Source: Phoronis australis
Lineage: Eukaryota > Animalia > Phoronida
Direction: 5' to 3'
NCBI GenBank assembly: GCA_002633005.1
Contig: NMRA01000132.1
Location: 186,001-250,000 of the forward strand
DNA length: 64,000 nucleotides
Under the pieces are notes generated by a model. That model ran no database searches. It worked only from the letters and a program-made list of their open reading frames with translations, and had not been told where the DNA came from. How positions within the stretch are numbered: the stretch's first letter is position 1; each line of letters starts with the position of its first letter. Shown here in pieces: positions 37,471-49,000 of the stretch. The translations under genes and the position numbers were made by a program.

Positions 37471-40044
37471 GTTTGAACAACTGTTGATTGCTGACAAATT
37501 AACTTAAGGGTCTTTTCGAGAACTTTACGAAATCAACTGATCAAAATTCGTCTTGCGTTGAGAAGTCTGAGTGGAGTTCTCAGCCTCAGTCTAGTTGTCA
37601 CTATTTTTGACAAGCTGTTGAAAAATGTAGGACCAATCTCGAGTGTCCACCGTAAACAGTGAGAGTACGGTGACCGCTGACAGTGGTCACTGTCTCTACA
37701 GGCTCTGCAATTGGTGCCAGTAGGACGGTTGTTACTGTCTATGTCCACCGGTGACCTGTGGTCGGTGTCGAATACGAAAAACGGATAGACACGTAACCCG
37801 TCTGTAAATAAATACTTGCGGCCAAAGGTTGACGACATAAGACTGTCGAGCGCCCAAACCGATCAGTTAAGAAGAGCAATTGCCTTTTAGCAAGTGGTTT
37901 AGATGCCTTTATTCCATTGCACATTGCACCTGTATTAACTGGGATTCACAGAAACACCTCTCTCTCCTGAAGAGCAATGGGGTGCACTACCTGTGCTGAT
38001 ATCTTAGAATTTGCCCTCGCTGTCACCTGCCTTATCAAGGTCTTGTATTCATCTGGCGGGTCATAGTCATAGTGGCTTCTCAAAGTTTTTCCAGGATGCA
38101 GTGCTGTGTGAGAACTTGGACTGTGTTGTCTCCACTACTTCTGGTGAATTACTTACAAGCCTGTTCAAGTCAGATCAGAACAGGATTGGCTATCACTCAA
38201 CGAATCACAACCCAGTGTAACAGTGTCAACTACTCATGGTAAACCTGTTCACTGAGTGAGGCTGTTTCCAAACACTGAATGTGAATGGTTTAACGCAGTT
38301 TCGAGAGATAACGATTAGTATCACTGTCAATAATCATAAAGCTGTGTTCCCCAGCAGCCTCTCTACAAGTAGCATTGTTTTTCAAGTGTCTAAAGGTATG
38401 CGAATTCCCATGGCTTACTAGGTGTTCCTTCATTGTTGTAGTCAAGTGGTGAGTTGCTGAAAGTTTTAAATTAGTCCACGAACAGCCTTCCTGCTTATTT
38501 TACTGGAGCCATGGTATTTTTTTCAGGAAATGGACCATTTATATGGTGTGTACTATTGCCTTTTGCTCTGTGTGGGGAAGTACTGTATCCCATAGGTAAG
38601 TGGTGTGCGTGTACACTGAAGTCAAGTCGTGTTTTTATTACATGGATCGAAACTTGTAAATTACTAAGTATAATCGTGTATTTTATGAAGAAAACTTTCC
38701 ATGCTCATCCTAATTGTTCTTGTTTTTGAAAAGCTTGTGGATTGAAGAGTGTTTTGTGGTGACTGTAATACAAATTGTAACATAATCAACATAAAATCAT
38801 AAGCATGCCTTCTTTGTTTTATTTTGTTCTTATTCTAGGTCTTGGTGATATTCAAATTATCATTCAGAGTCAATTCAACACATTCCACCATATGCTTGCA
38901 AACAAGTTAAAGACAAACCTGGAAGAACAAGCGCTGTCACTGTTTGGAGAGGTGCGTACTAGACAGCAGGGAAACAGATGGCAATTGTTTTATTAGTCCC
39001 CTGAATTGCTTTGCATTTAGGCCAACAGGATTTGCACGTAAGTGGACGAGAAAGTGTGCACTGTTTGCCCCAGAGTATCAAGTGAAGTCCTCAGCACATC
39101 AAATGTTTGATGGCACCGTCATGGATTGAAGTGAGCTAGTCACTATTCATGGGCTTGGCTTAATGTGTTAGATGAGATAAGTGCTGTAATTATTGTAAAT
39201 CAACACCCCTATTTAGTGTACGAGTTTCAAAGTCGGAGAAACTAATAATAAGTAAGGCAAATGACCAACGTGACTGTTTTTAATATTGAAAAGTAAACAC
39301 CAGCCATCTTTGTATGATTAAAATCGATACATTATTAGAGAAATTAGAGAATAGGCTTTCTTCAGCTTCGCAGCTAAGCCCCCAGCATAATTTGTGAGTT
39401 GGTTAGGACAGCTTAGGCGTTGGGGTAATAAAACCTTAAATGATAGTGTAGGGGTTGTCTCATAAAGTGTATATCACTTTCTTTCAAGCACTTGCATTTA
39501 AACTGGATGTGTAATAGCAAGAGACAATCAGTGCAACGCTCATACAGGTGTGCCAGGTAACATTCAGTCCAAACATTTGTACTATACTGCCATGTCAGTG
39601 TTTTCCACAATCTGTCATGACTCGTCACTGCGTCAAGTTTGAATTTTGCTGTGACGAGTTTGGCCAAGTTGCGTTGAGTTTGAAAACCTATGCAACGAAT
39701 TTGAGAAACTATGCAGCAAGTTTGAGTTGCGAGATTCAGTCAATTTCTTAAGCAAATTAAAACATTCTGTACTTTTGGTAGCAGCACAATTATTCCATGA
39801 CTTTACATACAAACTCCTAACTCTATGGGCATGGACTTTCAACTACATTTTACATGAATTTTGTCATTCCATACGAGTTTTAATTCTCTGTTGTGGAGAG
39901 CACTACTTCCCTAGAATCAAATATAAAAAATTGATAGACTGCACCATGTCGAATGCCAGTAATCATCAACTTCAAATTGAAGTGAAGCAAACTTGAGTAG
40001 ACTGTTAAGCTGATTGTAGAAACAATAGATAAACTCCACTCGGT

Positions 40045-40084
<40 letters not shown>

Positions 40085-43000
40085 CATATATATATATATA
40101 TAACAATAGATAAACTCCACTCGATTCTTTGAGTGGAATTAAGAGTATCAACTTGACGTCATATTAAATTGCAGAAAACTGTAGAATACCATGGCCTCAA
40201 AATAACATTTAGTTGCTGCGTCTGAATCAGCCAGCTTATGTCTGTGCTGTGTTCCCTGGTTCAAGTGTGGCAGAAACTATTTTGAATTTTCAAAATTCAA
40301 GAACATTTTTCCAGTCTGTTTACGGGGAATTTGCTCAACTAGGTCAACAGCAGACGAGACATACCAAGGTAACAAAACGCTCATTTCTTCAGTGAAACTG
40401 TTTTGTGTGTCTCAAAAGTAACCATAATTAGTCAGCTGTATAAGCATGAACACTCACAGTGTCAAAAATCTTGTAAACCATGAGGTTTGTTACTTGAGAA
40501 AAGTTGTATAATCAATGACACTCAGTCTCTGCTGTGAATTCCAGAATTTCAAATGTATATCGTTTATTGTCATGGTTGTTATATTTAATTTTCATCTAGT
40601 AAGTTTATCTCTACAAGATATCATCAAAGGTGCTGTGTTTTCATACCAGTTTTGACTTCAGGTTCAAATTCACCTAGTGCAGTTTTTCCTACTATTCGCC
40701 ATTATCAGATTTTTGCTACTTTGTCAGAATGACGTTCCTGTGGTGCTACTTCACGAATCTTATAACGATGTACCTGGTGCTTGGGCTGTACTCCCACTAC
40801 TATCCAGGTGAGTAAGGTACTGAAACACATGCTGAAACTTCTTCCTGGAATGCGCACTCGTCTAATTACAGGCTGTATGTGTCAGTCTGAAAAATTTGTC
40901 CATCGTGACTTAGGAATCGAATTCAGGATCTCCTAAACACTGACCAAATATTGATGATTACCGATCTGTTGAGACTATGCTGGTTACAGATACTTTCACT
41001 TAAAGCTGTCATGCCATTTAGTGTTTGATTCTTAGGTTGGGACAGGCATATTTCATGCTGGCAACTAAAGCTTTTGTAATTAGGTGAAAACCTGCATTGC
41101 TTTCCACAAAGATTTTTGAGTATTGACTGCTTTGGAACTGTAAACAAATAGACCATTGGGTGATGTTTTCAATACTTCTGTAATTTGTCTTTTAAGTATT
41201 TTAAACAGTCAGACTAGATGTTTGTCTGGCATCTATTGTTACCAAGAACGTATGAGAAATGCTCCATACCACTCCTACACTGCCTATGTTATCTCATGAA
41301 ATTTTCTGATTAAGTGATTCTAGATAAATTGTGGTACTATCATTCCAAGAGAAGTATAATATATCACATAAANTTTAGTTGCTGCGTCTGAATCAGCCAG
41401 CTTATGTCTGTGCTGTATTCCCTGGTTCAAGTGTGGCAGAAACTATTTTGAATTTTCAAAATTCAAGAACATTTTTCCAGTCTGTTTACGGGGAATTTGC
41501 TCAACTAGGTCAACAGCAGACGAGACATACCAAGGTAACAAAACGCTCATTTCTTCAGTGAGACTGTTTTGTGTGTCTCAAAAGTAACCATAATTAGTCA
41601 CCTGTATAAGCTTGAACACTCACAGTGTCAAAAATCTTGTAAACCATGAGGTTTGTTACTTGAGAAAAGTTGTATAATCAATGACACTCAGTGAATTCCA
41701 GAATTGCAAATGGTTATCGTTTATTGTCATGGTTTTTATATTTAATTTTCATCTAGTAAGTTTATCTCTACAAGATATCATCAAAGGTGCTGTGTTTTCA
41801 TACCAGTTTTGACTTCAGGGTCAAATTCACCTAGTGCAGTTTTTCCTACTATTCGTCATTATCAGATTTTTGCTACTTTGTCAGAATGACGTTCCTGTGG
41901 TGCTACTTCACGAAACTTATAACGATGTACCTGGTGCTTGGGCTGTACTCCCACTACTATCCAGGTGAGTAAGGTACTGAAACACATGCTGAAACTTCTT
42001 CCTGGAATGCGCACTCATCTAATTACAGGCTGTATGTGTCAGTCTGAAAAATTTGTCCATCCTGACTTAGGAATCGAATTCAGGATCTCCTAAAGACTGA
42101 CCAAACATTGATGATTACCGATCTGTTGAGACTATGCTGGTTACAGATACTTTCACTTAAAAGCTGTCATGCCATCTAGTGTTTGATTCTTAGGTTGGGA
42201 CAGGCATATTTCATGCTGGCAACTAAAGCTTTTGTAATTAGGTGAAAACCTGCATTGCTTTCCACAAAGCTTTTTGAGTATTGATTGCTTTGGAACTGTA
42301 AACAAATAGACCATTGGGTGATGTTTTCAATACTTCTGTAATTTGTCTTTTAAGTATTTTAAACAGTCAGACTAGATGTTTGTCTGGCATCTATTGTTAC
42401 CAAGAACGTATGAGAAATGCTCCATACCACTCCTACACTGCCTATGTTATCTCATGAAATTTTCTGATTAAGTGATTCTAGATAAATTGTGGTACTATCA
42501 TTCCAAGAGAAGTATAATATATCACATAAAGTAAACCACAATCCCCTTTCTTACAAAAATCCTTGATGTGAAAAAAATCTAAATTTGGACAACTTCGTAA
42601 GATGTCTCAGAAATGGCCGATCAGATTCACAGGAATTTTGCGGATTTTGTGCTGTATGCACTGTTCTCCAAAACGCTGTAGCTGTAGCTGTAATGAAAAG
42701 CTTTCACTTTTGCATGGGGGCCTATCAAAAATAGAACTCATGAATGTTATGAAAAACTCAAAGGTTCCATAAAATCAAAACAAAGTAATTTAGAAAACTA
42801 ACTGCACTTTTAACATATCTTGAATTATATTAATTTATATCACATGAATTTACCTTTTTTGTAATGGTGCTTGTTGGGCCGCAATGTAAAGTTCACCGAC
42901 ACTTCGCCAGCCAATCACACTCTTTAGAATAACACGAGTAAAACTATTTACTTAACTATCCATGCTAAACAAGCTCTAGAGACAAACAGATTGCATTGCT

Positions 43001-46000
43001 CATGATAAGCACATGCGATAAGTTCAAATTGTGATTCTTACAAAATAATTCACATTATCCTGCCAAATTTATGTAACAAATTGAAAGTGCATCAGGTTGG
43101 CTTCTGTGCACATTCATAGACAAACCACTAATATGTAAATGCTAATGTTACTTAAAATTATCGCAACACTATTAACGCATTGTTACAACTAGGCTATGTC
43201 AACAAGATTTCAACCTAACAACTTAATCAGCCTTTAAGTTAAATTGCAATTGACATAACCAAATACAAGTTGCATCGCCCTGTAGCAATTTTACCAAATT
43301 TACATCAGTGCTGAAATTACAGATGCATATAAACCAAATCGAGACAATACACAGTAAAAGAGAGTCTAACCTGACAAAGATTGGATATTCCCTTGCATTG
43401 TCTTGACTGACCACTAAACGTAAATAGAATAATTACATACACCCAACTGAATTGGTCAATTCCAGTCATGATCTACAAAACTGTCTACTAATTTTCAGAT
43501 CAGGCAAAACAAAATAACTGCTACTGGCTACCAATGAGAGACAAAACTAAGACAATTCTAACAGTGCCGTGGTTAGTGCGCTGAGGTAATTGACACAAAT
43601 GACCACAATTAAGCTGCTAAATCTGTCACCAATTATTTCACAATTTTATACACCAAATAACACATGGGTTTCCTGCGCACACTATACGAATGCCAAGGTG
43701 CCCTCTGAAAAGTTTCATGCACATCCTTTTCTCTGTTAACATCATCAAACTTCTCAGAAACACTGTCAGACTCTCTTAGTGATGAGTTGATAATCTCAGT
43801 AGATACACGTTCCTCAGCTTGATTCCCGTAGTGTGTTGTCAGTAACATCTTCTGTTGTCAACACTGAGTACATGGTCGTCACCAGGTCTTGCTGACTTCA
43901 TTGCAGCATTTTCATCTGCACTCATGTTGTCACAATCGTGCCTAGACTTGTATACTCAGAAACTAGGTGGCTGTCCCTGCTCTTGAAATGTGGTGACAAA
44001 ACTACCATAATCGATTCTTTATATAGTCTGTGCTGTCTTCATTGTTAGTGGAGTGAGCAACTTGAAAATGCAGTCACTTGTCATGGTTTTTTGGTACTGG
44101 AATCAGTCTACTTTTCCTTGGAATAGGTTGTGGCTTGCCAACACACACACACGTCATCTGTTTCCCTCAGCAGATAGCCAATAGGCATCAGAAGGTTCAT
44201 GTGTAGTGGGCTATTATCTTTTAAGTCAATGCGATAATTGACAACGATGGTGTGTCCTGTGTCATTGTCACCACAAGAAAACTCATAGTCATATCTCAGT
44301 AAGATGTTGCATCGCTCGTGTCGATCATCTGTCAAGTTACCTGTCGAATGACTGGAGCTGTAATGACAGGTTGCACCTGATAGATGTAATGAGGAGTCAT
44401 GGTGACAGCTTGTAACTCACCTACTGTAGTCTTCATCGGTATTGACATTGTTCTTGGAGTCTCATTAGAAACTATAACTTTGATAAACTGCTGTCTGTCA
44501 TCATGCCAGTACAGAGGAAATACCTTAATTGCCAATGGTAGCCATGGTGATGCTTGTACTGCAGCTGCTCACTGGTTAGGGTTAGAACTCAACATCAGTA
44601 AGTCATCTCACTTGAACATTCTGGTTAGACTGTACCACTACCTTCCTGTGCTTAGTGCACGGCAACATACCAACACAGAGCAGTTGTTCCTGCTGAGACA
44701 AACATCTGAAGTTGACATGTCATTGGGCATCCATCTTTGCCAACAGCAAAGATCTAACTGTAATTGTTATGACAAGCTGCAGCATTACACTACATTTAAT
44801 CATAAGGACATGGTCACGAGACCCAATTTAAATAGAAGATCTGTAGAAAGTTACACTTTAAAGTCTGCAGGCATTCTGACTTCTTTTAGAAAATTTATAC
44901 TTTTACTGACTGATAGTTTTGTAGACACAGGCTTTTCAACAAGGTCCTGCATAACATTAGTTAGTGTGCCAAATATTCAAAACTTTTTGGCTATTCTGTT
45001 GTGTCTAGAATGGAGGTTGTTGAAATAGTTCAGTTCAGTTTTAAGTTTGAGTTATCCATTTGCAACATAAAAACTTACCAAATGAAACACATATATTGCA
45101 GAGTTGTATTGTTGAAAGTGCTGAATACTATTCAGATTGATTGATTTGCTTTGTTGGTACAATTTGCAGGTTGTCAGAGGATTTTAAAGATAAAAAGTGG
45201 ATTTTCTTTTGCGAAGATCGTACAGACATAGATTTGAAAGCTTTGCTGGAAGTGCTATCAGAATATGATTACAATAAGGTAACTAGACGTCACTATATCC
45301 TTCATTATGAGTGCATATTGCCGTCATCTCTGTCTGTCATACATGTATCTCCTAAACTTCTTGCAGGATCTCAATGAGATTTAGCAGATGTATTTTTATG
45401 AAGCTGTCAACAAGGGATGACGATTTTTGGACCAATCTGAGATCCAGTGTGCCCCCTAGTGGCAATTTAATTTTTTATGTATGCTTCTGTATCAGAGTTC
45501 CTGGATGGATTTTCATGAAATTTGGCAAACAGGTTTCTAGAAGCGAATGCCTTTCCAATTTTGGACCTATTCGATGTTCGCGTATTCAATTTCATTATTT
45601 TTAGTCCGATTTTTGTCGTATTCATCTCTACTTCCCAAAACAGCTTTAAGGGTCATTACAAAAACTGGCAAATGTGTTCCTGATTAGAGGCACACGGTTG
45701 ACGGTGATTTTTGGATGCGTCCTTTCCCCTTACTTGTGTTCCCATGATGCTGGTGACTAATGCTGATGAGCTTCTGACGAGTTAGACTACCGCTGTGCCC
45801 CCTAGTGGCAATTTTTTTGTGTTTGGCTCCATCTAGAGTTTCTCATTGGTTTTACATGTTTCAACTAAAGGGATACTAAGCCGTGTTTTGGTGATTTTAA
45901 CCATGTTCTGTACCCTAGCAATGCACAGCTGGCATCTCACTTGAATGGCGAAAGAAGGATTCAGCTAAAAACACATACTCAATGTGTCACAAAACGGATC

Positions 46001-49000
46001 GTCATCAAAATTGGCAGATGTGTTCCTGGTGAGAAGGCTACAGCTTACGTTGATTTTCGTACGGGTTCGACCACTGTAGTGCCCATAGTCTCAATATCTT
46101 TTGTGTTGGCTGTTGTTTCTGCTAACCCCTGAACACGACCTTTGTGAAATTGGCAAGTGTATTCCAATGAACTTGACAACAGATAGACTGAACGTACTAC
46201 TGCTGTGCCTCCTATTGGCATTCCATTTTTATGTTTGCCTCGTTGTCTTTGGAGTTCCTTGGCGGATTTTCATTAAATATGCAAATAGTTTTCTGTTAGT
46301 AAGAAGATGACGCCTTTTCCATTTTCAGGAGTGTTTCATGTATTCTACAGCATCTTGTGGACACTTCTATGATATAACACCCCTAAAAGCACGTCCTTTG
46401 CAATACTGTTGCGGGCGCATTCCAATGCTTTGCATTGCTCTTGGTTATTCCACACATTTCTAAATATGCTTTGTTGGCCATCTTTTGAAAGTAAAGAATG
46501 ATGTACTTTGTTTTCGTTTTAAAGGTTTAAAACTTATCTCTGATCTATGTGACTTACTTCTGTTGCATTTAACTTTTATTTTCAACATGGCGTGCCATGC
46601 TCTACGTTTCATTACTTACTCTACTTCGCACATCACTGAAGTAAAAAGTGTGGCTGTTCAGTTACGTTCCTTCTCTTCAACTTTCGAGAGAAAGTAATTG
46701 ATTTGTGTTAAAAAACCCGAGTGATTACCTGTTTAAGTATATGATGAAAATAAGTATAAGGATATTTTGTTTGTACAACTTAAACCTGTTGAAATTTGGC
46801 TCTTGAATGCAGAACTTCACATTGTAAATTCATGAATCAATGTTGAATTTCTTCCAGCCTATGTTCCTGGGAAAAGGCCTAAGAGATCAGGAGATGACCA
46901 TCATCCATCACTTTGCAGAACCAGAGTTGTTCACATATCCACATTTCTCTGCTGGCTTTGCGCTGAGCATTCCAGCCATAAATATGTGAGTTTGGACACT
47001 CTTGACATAGTGGCTATTTTATTCAGGGTGTTGCGAATGAGCGGGAACCACATACAATCGTACTTGGTAAACGATCTGTTGTGGGATAACTTCTAAGAGT
47101 TTGAACTTTGCCTTTTAGTAGCATAACATGACGAGATGAGGTAGTAGAGTGGATGGCTGTGTGCGATGAAATTAATCATTGACAATCCAATTCTTGTCAT
47201 TAAATGATTTCAAGCTTGCATGATATTGTTATATGCTGTAGATATGGTTTTATAACACGAGATAAATAGTTTCAGTGCAGCTGTGGTTCCAAATTTTGTC
47301 ACTAAAAACTTCAACTTGGTAACTGTAGGTAAAATTGACCAAAACACTTTCAGTTGCAGGACTGCTTACGAGAGTGAAAGGAAAACAGATTTCACGATTG
47401 ATGCAAAATACGAGGTGAGCTAGTAAAAAGTGTTTTTCTTTGTACTTTTTACGAAACACACCGTGCTCAGAAACTCTTCTTCAGAATTTATGGTCAGCAT
47501 GCTTTTGTTGAAATGCTTTAAATCGAAGTCAACATTAACGTTGTAACTTAGTTTCCTCTTTTAAGAAGCCCCTCAATTAAAAGAATGCTAAACTTTGCTT
47601 GCTCTTCTATGCTTATATGATGTCGACAATGACATTTTGTGCAAAGATTTTTGGCTCAGATAAAAAGTATACGCCAGATTCATCATTTTGTTAACTAACA
47701 ACAATTATTAGTGTGCCACCTATTGGGATCTCAGAATCTGCTGCAATCTGTAATGTTTGCTAATTATCAGTTTTTTATTGTTTAGCTGGCCAAAGTGCTC
47801 TTCAATGTTGAGCCGAAGATCTTACTGACCCATGTGGACAGGTTCTGTGTTGCAAGTCAGTCGCCAAACTGTGTCACTAACTATCCTGCTAGGCTGTTTG
47901 ACTGTGTAAGTGTCATTTGTATTAGAAGTCTCGAAATTTGCATCATAGTTTTGAAGGGGGTCATATTAATGGCAATTCCACATATCACCTCTCTTGTGAA
48001 AGAAAAGTGCAAAGCATAGTGCAGTAGGGTAGGAGCCCGTCAGTGCTAAACACTTTGTTGAAGTCATGACTGTACTTTTTGCTAGACAGCTTAGTGATAT
48101 TTGCTCCTAGTCTTTATATAATCTCCTATGTTCAGGTGTGCAGTTATGAAGCAAAACACCATGAGACATAACGGACAAACAAATTGAAATAGTTGGTATA
48201 TTTGGAGACTGTGTTCATTTTATTACTGCCTGATGATGAGACATGTGATCTTGAAAATGTAGCATCTATTTTAACTTGTTTGTACAGTATGTCTCGTGGT
48301 GTTTTGCTTCATAACTGCACACCTGAACATAGGATATTATATACATGTAAAGACTAGGAGCATATATCATTAAGCTGTCTAGAAAAAGTACAGTGCTCGG
48401 AGATAGGAGATTTTAGAGACAAGTGAATAATTTTTTGTTATTAAGCTGTCTAACAAAAAGTACAGTTGTGCCTTCAACCAAGTTTGAAGCACAGTGTTTC
48501 ATAAAAATCCAATCGGCCATTTCTGAGATGTGAGGATCCATTATTTAGCCAAGTTTGGACTTGAGCCAAGCTTTGTGACTTGTGTTCTTTGGTGTAATTT
48601 GAACTAATTTAACAATCACAAATTTCATGGATTTTGAATGACTTTTGCTTTTTCATGATGGGCTATGTTTGTGATACAGAGTGATGTTATTAACCATTAC
48701 TTAAGTACTGATTTTGACTCTCCACCAGGGTGCGCCTCTGGCTGAAGATGAGCTTTACATTGCTGTGAAAACTTGTAAAAAATTCCATGAAGAAAGGGGT
48801 ATGTATGAGTAATAACACTGAGGTAACTACCATAGATTTAGGAAAAGGGCAGCTGTACATCTTTTACCAATTGAAAATGGTGCAAGGAAAGAAGAGTGCT
48901 TTAAAGGTTGTGTCATCTGCTTTGGCCTTATCGACTTGATGTGCCACCTAACATACACAATCTGTGAAGTTTACAGACATCTTACATGAATATATTCTCG

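Larger units (their letters stand above)
34232..37492. repeat. Tandem duplication (34232-35868 / 35870-37492) joined by a single n; includes B3GLCT exon 1 twice
   Basis: Near-identical copies with SNPs and small indels; n at 35869; extra ATG exon copy at 35825-35846. Confidence 0.95.
40208..42530. repeat. Tandem duplication (40208-41372 / 41374-42530) joined by a single n; includes exon 4 twice
   Basis: n at 41373; scattered SNPs and a short indel. Confidence 0.95.

Noticed and set aside
44399-45028. 209-aa plus-strand ORF
   Set aside because: No recognisable motif; antisense to the decayed Gypsy remnant inside intron 4.
47027-47066. Cryptic 40-nt exon (phase 2-0) as an alternative to exon 7
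   Set aside because: The upstream intron would be only 41 nt, the donor GTAAAC is weak, and the peptide lacks the conserved DFTID motif.
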